Assembly: GCF_036507355.1 (NCBI RefSeq)
Contig: NZ_AP027877.1
Reading direction: 5' to 3' (one strand)
From: Escherichia coli
GTDB taxonomy: Bacteria > Pseudomonadota > Gammaproteobacteria > Enterobacterales > Enterobacteriaceae
Length of the DNA: 64,000 bases
This document shows positions 56,741-64,000 of the stretch, one piece after another; position 1 is the first letter of the stretch; every line of letters begins with the position of its first letter. The position numbers were made by a program, and so were the translations under genes. Below the pieces are notes generated by a model. It was not told where the DNA came from and did no database searches. It saw only the letters and a list, made by a program, of their open reading frames with translations.

Positions 56741-59595
56741 TGGAAAAGACATACAACCCACAAGATATCGAACAGCCGCTTTACGAGCACTGGGAAAAGC
56801 AGGGCTACTTTAAGCCTAATGGCGATGAAAGCCAGGAAAGTTTCTGCATCATGATCCCGCCGCCGAACGTCACCGGCAGTTTGCATATGGGTCACGCCTT
56901 CCAGCAAACCATCATGGATACCATGATCCGCTATCAGCGCATGCAGGGCAAAAACACCCTGTGGCAGGTCGGTACTGACCACGCCGGGATCGCTACCCAG
57001 ATGGTCGTTGAGCGCAAGATTGCCGCAGAAGAAGGTAAAACCCGTCACGACTACGGCCGCGAAGCTTTCATCGACAAAATTTGGGAATGGAAAGCGGAAT
57101 CCGGCGGCACCATTACCCGTCAGATGCGCCGTCTCGGCAACTCCGTGGACTGGGAGCGTGAACGCTTCACGATGGACGAAGGCCTGTCCAATGCGGTGAA
57201 AGAAGTTTTCGTTCGTCTGTATAAAGAAGACCTGATTTACCGTGGCAAACGCCTGGTAAACTGGGACCCGAAACTGCGCACCGCTATCTCTGACCTGGAA
57301 GTGGAAAACCGCGAATCAAAAGGTTCGATGTGGCACATCCGCTATCCGCTGGCTGACGGCGCGAAAACCGCAGACGGCAAAGATTATCTGGTGGTTGCGA
57401 CTACCCGTCCGGAAACCCTGCTGGGCGATACCGGCGTGGCCGTTAACCCGGAAGATCCGCGTTACAAAGATCTGATTGGCAAATATGTCATTCTGCCGCT
57501 GGTTAACCGTCGTATTCCGATCGTTGGCGACGAACACGCCGACATGGAAAAAGGCACCGGCTGCGTGAAGATCACTCCGGCACACGACTTTAACGACTAT
57601 GAAGTCGGTAAACGTCACGCCCTGCCGATGATCAACATCCTGACCTTTGACGGCGATATCCGTGAAAGCGCCCAAGTGTTCGATACCAAAGGTAACGAAT
57701 CTGACGTTTATTCCAGCGAGATCCCCGCAGAATTCCAGAAACTGGAGCGTTTTGCTGCACGTAAAGCAGTCGTTGCCGCAGTTGACGCGCTCGGCCTGCT
57801 GGAAGAAATTAAACCACATGACCTGACCGTTCCTTATGGTGACCGTGGTGGCGTGGTCATCGAACCGATGCTGACCGACCAGTGGTACGTGCGTGCCGAT
57901 GTCCTGGCGAAACCGGCAGTTGAAGCGGTTGAGAATGGCGACATTCAGTTCGTACCGAAGCAGTACGAAAACATGTACTTCTCCTGGATGCGCGATATTC
58001 AGGACTGGTGTATCTCTCGTCAGCTGTGGTGGGGTCACCGTATCCCGGCATGGTACGACGAAGCGGGTAACGTTTATGTTGGCCGCAACGAAGACGAAGT
58101 GCGTAAAGAAAATAACCTCGGTGCCGACGTTGCCCTGCGTCAGGACGAAGACGTTCTCGACACCTGGTTCTCTTCTGCGCTGTGGACCTTCTCTACCCTT
58201 GGCTGGCCGGAAAATACCGACGCCCTGCGTCAGTTCCACCCAACCAGCGTGATGGTATCTGGTTTCGACATCATCTTCTTCTGGATTGCCCGCATGATCA
58301 TGATGACCATGCACTTCATCAAAGATGAAAATGGCAAACCGCAGGTGCCGTTCCACACTGTTTACATGACCGGTCTGATTCGTGACGACGAAGGCCAGAA
58401 GATGTCCAAATCCAAGGGTAACGTTATCGACCCGCTGGATATGGTTGACGGTATTTCGCTGCCAGAACTGCTGGAAAAACGTACCGGCAATATGATGCAG
58501 CCGCAGCTGGCGGACAAAATCCGTAAGCGCACCGAGAAACAGTTCCCGAACGGCATTGAGCCGCACGGTACCGATGCCCTGCGCTTCACCCTGGCGGCGC
58601 TGGCGTCTACCGGTCGTGACATCAACTGGGATATGAAGCGCCTGGAAGGTTACCGTAACTTCTGTAACAAGCTGTGGAACGCCAGCCGCTTTGTGCTGAT
58701 GAACACAGAAGGTCAGGATTGCGGCTTCAACGGCGGCGAAATGACGCTGTCGCTGGCGGACCGCTGGATTCTGGCGGAGTTCAACCAGACCATCAAAGCG
58801 TACCGCGAAGCGCTGGACAGCTTCCGCTTCGATATCGCCGCAGGCATTCTGTATGAGTTCACCTGGAACCAGTTCTGTGACTGGTATCTCGAGCTGACCA
58901 AGCCGGTAATGAACGGTGGCACCGAAGCAGAACTGCGCGGTACTCGCCATACGCTGGTGACTGTACTGGAAGGTCTGCTGCGCCTCGCGCATCCGATCAT
59001 TCCGTTCATCACCGAAACCATCTGGCAGCGTGTGAAAGTACTTTGCGGTATCACTGCCGACACCATCATGCTGCAACCGTTCCCGCAGTATGATGCATCT
59101 CAGGTTGATGAAGCGGCGCTGGCCGACACCGAGTGGCTGAAGCAGGCGATCGTTGCGGTACGTAACATCCGTGCAGAAATGAACATCGCGCCGGGCAAAC
59201 CGCTGGAGCTGCTGCTGCGTGGTTGCAGCGCGGATGCAGAACGTCGCGTAAATGAAAACCGTGGCTTCCTGCAAACCCTGGCGCGTCTGGAAAGCATCAC
59301 CGTGCTGCCTGCCGATGACAAAGGTCCGGTTTCCGTTACGAAGATTATCGACGGCGCAGAGCTGCTGATCCCGATGGCTGGCCTCATCAACAAAGAAGAT
59401 GAGCTGGCGCGTCTGGCGAAAGAAGTGGCGAAGATCGAAGGCGAAATCAGCCGCATCGAGAACAAGCTGGCGAATGAAGGCTTTGTCGCCCGCGCACCGG
59501 AAGCGGTCATCGCGAAAGAGCGTGAGAAGCTGGAAGGCTATGCGGAAGCGAAAGCGAAGCTGATTGAACAGCAGGCTGTTATCGCCGCGCTGTAA
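56740..59595 (+). CDS. valS: Valine--tRNA ligase
   Basis: 951-aa ORF with HIGH-type ([14 protein letters not shown]) and KMSKS motifs. Confidence 0.95.
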   Translation: MEKTYNPQDIEQPLYEHWEKQGYFKPNGDESQESFCIMIPPPNVTGSLHMGHAFQQTIMDTMIRYQRMQGKNTLWQVGTDHAGIATQMVVERKIAAEEGKTRHDYGREAFIDKIWEWKAESGGTITRQMRRLGNSVDWERERFTMDEGLSNAVKEVFVRLYKEDLIYRGKRLVNWDPKLRTAISDLEVENRESKGSMWHIRYPLADGAKTADGKDYLVVATTRPETLLGDTGVAVNPEDPRYKDLIGKYVILPLVNRRIPIVGDEHADMEKGTGCVKITPAHDFNDYEVGKRHALPMINILTFDGDIRESAQVFDTKGNESDVYSSEIPAEFQKLERFAARKAVVAAVDALGLLEEIKPHDLTVPYGDRGGVVIEPMLTDQWYVRADVLAKPAVEAVENGDIQFVPKQYENMYFSWMRDIQDWCISRQLWWGHRIPAWYDEAGNVYVGRNEDEVRKENNLGADVALRQDEDVLDTWFSSALWTFSTLGWPENTDALRQFHPTSVMVSGFDIIFFWIARMIMMTMHFIKDENGKPQVPFHTVYMTGLIRDDEGQKMSKSKGNVIDPLDMVDGISLPELLEKRTGNMMQPQLADKIRKRTEKQFPNGIEPHGTDALRFTLAALASTGRDINWDMKRLEGYRNFCNKLWNASRFVLMNTEGQDCGFNGGEMTLSLADRWILAEFNQTIKAYREALDSFRFDIAAGILYEFTWNQFCDWYLELTKPVMNGGTEAELRGTRHTLVTVLEGLLRLAHPIIPFITETIWQRVKVLCGITADTIMLQPFPQYDASQVDEAALADTEWLKQAIVAVRNIRAEMNIAPGKPLELLLRGCSADAERRVNENRGFLQTLARLESITVLPADDKGPVSVTKIIDGAELLIPMAGLINKEDELARLAKEVAKIEGEISRIENKLANEGFVARAPEAVIAKEREKLEGYAEAKAKLIEQQAVIAAL

Positions 59596-59615
59596 TCAAC
59601 ACCGTGATGAAAACG

Positions 59616-59645
59616 AAGGCCGGAGCATGCTCCGGCCTTTTTTAT
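59616..59645. terminator. Terminator between convergent valS and yjgN, likely bidirectional
   Basis: AAGGCCGGAGCATGCTCCGGCCTT hairpin followed by TTTTT. Confidence 0.7.
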
Positions 59646-59648
59646 CTC

Positions 59649-60845
59649 TTACAGAAATGGTAAAGAAGGCATAATTCCCCGTGAAATACTGGCTAAGAAG
59701 CCTTTATCTGGTTGTTCTTCTTTATTGATTAAAGGAAGGTCATCCAAATCGCCCAGCAAATACGTATTTTTTGCCTGCCAGTCAATCATCCATATTTTCA
59801 GCAGTGGATAAGCCAGACCGCCCGTAATCCCGGATATCACCACCAACGCACACATGCGATAAAGCATACCGTGGTATGTTAAAGTTGAGCGAAAACGAAT
59901 ACGCCCATCATTCAGTGACAGGTTGCTCATAAAATGATTTCGCAACGACACCGTTAAATAACTGGTGCTAACAGCAATCCCAAAATAATAGATTAACTGC
60001 GCGATTATCATTTTACGTTGCATTTCCATAAATTGCTGTAAATTCTCAATATCATCATTTGCATACACAGAACTATCATACGCATTTAATATTTGATCGA
60101 AGATAATATAACCAGCAACAGCGAGAAAAGGTAATAAAGCTAAAAATGCGAGAATGGCATATTTTATACAATACGTAGTATCTAATTTCACCTTGAAACG
60201 ATGTATACCGAAACTGGTATTGCTCCAGAGAAAACTCATTACCAGACTATATAAAGTACCATTAAAAATACCAATGGAAACAATACCAACTATTGCCATC
60301 AGAACCACAGATATAATAACACTACTTGAACTATTGGCATGTAGCATCTTTGTCGAGATAAAGAAAACAGTCCCCATCCCAATGGCCATTAAAATCGGCA
60401 AGAAAAAGGTTACCCACCAGAACCCTTTCAAAGAGCAATTAAAACTAAATCTTACGCCGTTGAGACTAGTCATCAAGGCCTGATAACGCAGTCCTTTTGC
60501 TGCCATAAATATAAGCAAAACCAACAGTGACAAAGTCAAAACACAGTCAACAAGCGGCATATCTGCTGACACTGTCATTAAGATTGCGAAATAGAAAAAA
60601 ACAAAAACAAGACAACTAACAAAAACATTCCCACCGGTAATCCCATAAGAAAATCGTTGTCCGTTAACTTCCATATTAGCATAGAGATAACGCTTACATT
60701 TCATTAATGCCCATGGTAAATAGATACCTAGCGTTATAATCGTTAACAACACATTCACCACACAAATAAGAAAATATCTCTCACCTGTACCATGAAAAAC
60801 AAACGAATGGGACGGAACATCCATTTCATTAATAATTTGAGCCAT
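59649..60845 (-). CDS. yjgN: DUF898 inner-membrane protein
   Basis: Hydrophobic ORF; start taken at MAQIINEMDV. Confidence 0.8.
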   Translation of the reverse strand: MAQIINEMDVPSHSFVFHGTGERYFLICVVNVLLTIITLGIYLPWALMKCKRYLYANMEVNGQRFSYGITGGNVFVSCLVFVFFYFAILMTVSADMPLVDCVLTLSLLVLLIFMAAKGLRYQALMTSLNGVRFSFNCSLKGFWWVTFFLPILMAIGMGTVFFISTKMLHANSSSSVIISVVLMAIVGIVSIGIFNGTLYSLVMSFLWSNTSFGIHRFKVKLDTTYCIKYAILAFLALLPFLAVAGYIIFDQILNAYDSSVYANDDIENLQQFMEMQRKMIIAQLIYYFGIAVSTSYLTVSLRNHFMSNLSLNDGRIRFRSTLTYHGMLYRMCALVVISGITGGLAYPLLKIWMIDWQAKNTYLLGDLDDLPLINKEEQPDKGFLASISRGIMPSLPFL

Positions 60846-61037
60846 AAAAATTCCCTGAATTAAAAAATTCATTGATATAATTTATAGATACAGACAGTAA
60901 AATGTTCTGCCACGTTACAATACTCTTATCAGTAATAGGCTGGCAAAAACTTTATTGCTTTATAAGACGCTTGCGCACGTAAGAAGAGAGTGGTATTAAA
61001 CAAATGTATAATTACTTTATTTTTATTGGGTTAAACT

Positions 61038-61541
61038 ATGAATAACATTGCGCCGCAATCACCTGTAATGCGTCGCCTGACGTTGCAGGATAATCCTGCT
61101 ATCGCCCGCGTCATTCGTCAGGTATCCGCCGAATACGGTCTTACCGCTGATAAAGGCTACACCGTCGCCGATCCGAATCTTGACGAGCTGTATCAAGTGT
61201 ATAGTCAGCCTGGTCATGCATATTGGGTGGTTGAGTACGAGGGTGAAGTGGTCGGCGGCGGTGGGATTGCGCCATTAGCAGGTAGTGAATCGGACATTTG
61301 CGAACTGCAAAAGATGTATTTTCTTCCGGCTATTCGCGGTAAAGGGCTGGCGAAAAAACTGGCCTTAATGGCGATGGAGCAAGCACGAGAGATGGGCTTC
61401 AAACGCTGCTATCTGGAAACGACCGCTTTTTTAAAGGAAGCCATTGCGCTTTATGAGCATTTGGGCTTTGAGCATATCGACTATGCGCTTGGCTGCACGG
61501 GCCATGTCGATTGTGAAGTGCGGATGCTACGCGAACTCTAA
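61038..61541 (+). CDS. yjgM: GNAT-family N-acetyltransferase
   Basis: 167-aa ORF with GNAT-like ...[20 protein letters not shown]... Confidence 0.8.
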   Translation: MNNIAPQSPVMRRLTLQDNPAIARVIRQVSAEYGLTADKGYTVADPNLDELYQVYSQPGHAYWVVEYEGEVVGGGGIAPLAGSESDICELQKMYFLPAIRGKGLAKKLALMAMEQAREMGFKRCYLETTAFLKEAIALYEHLGFEHIDYALGCTGHVDCEVRMLREL

Positions 61542-61586
61542 AAAAATGCCCGCTAGTGTGTGCTATCGGGCATTTTAATCAATTAA

Positions 61587-62003
61587 TTAGTGGCGAACAC
61601 CGTCATCGTCTTCATCGACAAAATCTTCATCGTCGCCGTCTTCGCCATTGGGATCTTCAAAGTAAGTGCCCCAACCGTCGTACTCAACGTCAAATTTCTC
61701 CGCCAGCGTCATCAGTTGTTCAACCTGGGCATCGATCAGATCGGCATTCAACGCGCACTCGCTGAGGATGTCGCAGCAAATCACGATATCACCATCTTCA
61801 ACTTCCAGCTCTTCTGGATCGGTCACTTCGTAACCGAGTTTAAACGCTTCAACTGCTGCTTTTTCCAGGGTTTCCAGATCGTCTGCGGAAAGATGGTGTT
61901 CGATGGTGTACAGCGCGTCCGGATCGCTGCCATCTTCCAGTAATTCTTCAATAATCAAACGTGTTTCTTCACGCTGTTCTTCCAGTTGTTCCGGGTTTGC
62001 CAT
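61587..62003 (-). CDS. rraB: RNase E regulator RraB
   Basis: 138-aa acidic [40 protein letters not shown]... Confidence 0.85.
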
Positions 62004-62097
62004 GGCTCATTCCTCTTAATGTCCTGCCGATACTCTTATTGTCACACACCACTGACATTGCCTCCACCTTTGTGACAAAGATTTATGCTTTAGACTT

Positions 62098-62140
62098 GCA
62101 AATGAATAATCATCCATATAAATTGAATTTTAATTCATTG
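62098..62140 (+). promoter_or_regulatory. Tandem ARG boxes (ArgR operator) upstream of argI
   Basis: AATGAATAATCATCCATATAAATTGAATTTTAATTCATTG contains two TGAAT...ATTCA-type boxes. Confidence 0.55.
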
Positions 62141-62164
62141 AGGCATTAGCCACAGGAGGGATCT

Positions 62165-63169
62165 ATGTCCGGGTTTTATCATAAGCATTTCCTGAAATTA
62201 CTCGATTTCACGCCAGCTGAACTCAACACCTTGTTGCAGTTAGCCGCGAAGCTGAAAGCCGATAAGAAAAGCGGTAAAGAAGAAGCTAAACTCACTGGTA
62301 AAAACATCGCGCTCATCTTCGAAAAAGACTCGACTCGTACCCGATGCTCTTTCGAAGTTGCCGCATATGACCAGGGTGCTCGTGTTACTTATCTCGGCCC
62401 AAGCGGCAGCCAGATTGGTCATAAAGAGTCGATTAAAGACACTGCCCGCGTGCTTGGTCGCATGTATGACGGTATTCAGTATCGCGGCTATGGTCAGGAG
62501 ATTGTCGAAACACTGGCGGAATACGCTGGCGTGCCGGTATGGAACGGCCTGACCAATGAGTTTCACCCCACGCAGCTGCTGGCGGATCTCCTCACCATGC
62601 AGGAGCATTTGCCCGGTAAAACATTCAACGAAATGACGCTGGTCTATGCAGGTGACGCACGTAACAACATGGGCAATTCGATGCTCGAAGCTGCGGCGCT
62701 TACCGGTCTGGATTTGCGTCTGGTCGCGCCACAGGCATGCTGGCCGGAAGCTGCGCTGGTTACGGAATGCCGCGCTCTGGCACAGCAAAATGGCGGGAAT
62801 ATTACGCTGACGGAAGATGTAGCCAAAGGAGTAGAAGGTGCTGACTTTATCTATACCGATGTGTGGGTGTCGATGGGGGAAGCAAAAGAGAAATGGGCGG
62901 AACGAATTGCATTGCTGCGTGATTATCAGGTGAATAACAAGATGATGCAGTTGACCGGTAACCCGGAGGTCAAATTCCTCCACTGCCTGCCCGCGTTTCA
63001 TGACGACCAAACGACGCTTGGCAAGAAAATGGCGGAAGAGTTTGGCCTACATGGCGGAATGGAAGTGACTGATGAGGTCTTCGAATCTGCCGCCAGCATT
63101 GTATTTGATCAGGCGGAAAACCGCATGCATACCATCAAAGCGGTGATGGTCGCGACGCTCAGTAAATAA
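62165..63169 (+). CDS. argI: Ornithine carbamoyltransferase
   Basis: 334-aa ORF with STRTR and HCLP motifs; called argI rather than argF from the rraB/yjgM context. Confidence 0.85.
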   Translation: MSGFYHKHFLKLLDFTPAELNTLLQLAAKLKADKKSGKEEAKLTGKNIALIFEKDSTRTRCSFEVAAYDQGARVTYLGPSGSQIGHKESIKDTARVLGRMYDGIQYRGYGQEIVETLAEYAGVPVWNGLTNEFHPTQLLADLLTMQEHLPGKTFNEMTLVYAGDARNNMGNSMLEAAALTGLDLRLVAPQACWPEAALVTECRALAQQNGGNITLTEDVAKGVEGADFIYTDVWVSMGEAKEKWAERIALLRDYQVNNKMMQLTGNPEVKFLHCLPAFHDDQTTLGKKMAEEFGLHGGMEVTDEVFESAASIVFDQAENRMHTIKAVMVATLSK

Positions 63170-63185
63170 TTGATATCGCTATAAA

Positions 63186-63217
63186 GATGCCGGGAAATAC
63201 AAAACTATCCCGGCATC
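63186..63217. terminator. Hairpin between convergent argI and yjgL
   Basis: GATGCCGGGAAATACAAAACTATCCCGGCATC inverted repeat. Confidence 0.5.
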
Positions 63218-63225
63218 ACATTATT

Positions 63226-64000
63226 TTATGCAGTGATAGGTCTATTCTTCCACCCAATTTTTTCTATTGCAGAACGTAAATCTTGCGGTGGATTTAATTT
63301 TTCTAACTGTTTTTCATTAATATAATCATATATATTGATTTTCCCATCCCGCAGGGTTTCCATCTTTCTTGTTCTAATTTTTAATTCATTATCGATCTTT
63401 TCTTCAAAAATCTTAACGACATAACCCGGAAGTTTATTTACAATTTCTTTTGTTTTTTCTTCATCACCATAAACATATCCTAACTCATTAAGATACATCT
63501 GTTCTCCCTCATAACTCTTAAGTAATTGATAGAAGTACCACTTAGCAAAATCAGGTTGCTTCATGAAAAAATCCTTCAAAAAAATATCATTCACTAAAAT
63601 ACTGAGAGGCACTTTATCAAAAACCAATTTAACATCATCAAATAGCCTTAGTATTAAGCGCGATTTTTCTTGATTACTTAAATTAAAATCATTGACATAT
63701 ACAACCAACTTCTCCCAAATCAATTCCTGTAACTCAGGGCTGTTTTTATAGGGTTCTTTATTGAGGTTGAAAAATAATGTCTCAGCTATTTTAGACTGAT
63801 CGCAGTTAAAATCAATATGATCGATCACGGAGCGGGCATGCTTTATCTTTGTAGTATCATGAGAATATTGCATACTTTGATTAAAACACCACTCCAGAAT
63901 TTTTACATCATTAATATATGGCAATTTTAAAAAAGTCTTCAACATCGAATCGATGACCTTTTCGAGATTAACTTTTGCATCATCTAAGGAATCAATAAGA
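63226..64000 (-). CDS. yjgL: Uncharacterised AT-rich protein, C-terminal part; reading frame stays open to the window edge
   Basis: I translated upstream of the track's first Met and found no stop before position 64000; K-12 position of yjgL. Confidence 0.55.
   Translation of the reverse strand, partial: LIDSLDDAKVNLEKVIDSMLKTFLKLPYINDVKILEWCFNQSMQYSHDTTKIKHARSVIDHIDFNCDQSKIAETLFFNLNKEPYKNSPELQELIWEKLVVYVNDFNLSNQEKSRLILRLFDDVKLVFDKVPLSILVNDIFLKDFFMKQPDFAKWYFYQLLKSYEGEQMYLNELGYVYGDEEKTKEIVNKLPGYVVKIFEEKIDNELKIRTRKMETLRDGKINIYDYINEKQLEKLNPPQDLRSAIEKIGWKNRPITA

Noticed and set aside
57316-59274. 652-aa minus-strand ORF inside valS
   Set aside because: Antisense to a clearly identified aminoacyl-tRNA synthetase gene; no start context or recognisable domain.

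Overview
This window reads as an Escherichia coli chromosomal segment, inverted relative to the K-12 map, running from tsr (5' end, minus strand) to yjgL (partial). All identifications are by eye from the ORF translations and my memory of E. coli proteins and motifs; no searches were run. Core genes in order: tsr, btsT, yjiX, yjiA, mdtM, yjiN, yjiM (split), yjiL, yjiK, yjiJ, kptA, yjiH, yjiG, iadA, hypT, iraD, yjiC, uxuR-uxuB-uxuA, gntP, fimHGFDCIA, the fimS switch, fimE, fimB, nanC-nanM-nanS, tRNA-Leu (leuX), ahr, yjgR, lptG-lptF, pepA, holC, valS, yjgN, yjgM, rraB, argI, yjgL. Two loci differ from what I recall of K-12. (1) Between yjiA and mdtM, where K-12 carries mrr-hsdRMS-symE-mcrBC, there is only a BrnT/BrnA-like toxin-antitoxin pair and an IS1 with a broken insB. 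(2) Between nanS and leuX there is a mosaic islet: an HNH fragment, a YagK/YfjJ-like gene, two paralogous Cys-rich genes, an IS66-family element, a secreted beta-propeller protein, an IS3-type remnant, a second IS1, and then a small serine recombinase with a DUF4062-like gene, a repeat-bearing untranslated stretch and an orphan 304-aa gene. That last cassette (about 45.0-48.4 kb) is the best candidate for something uncharacterised, but its function is inference only. No CRISPR array or rRNA was seen; leuX is the only tRNA.
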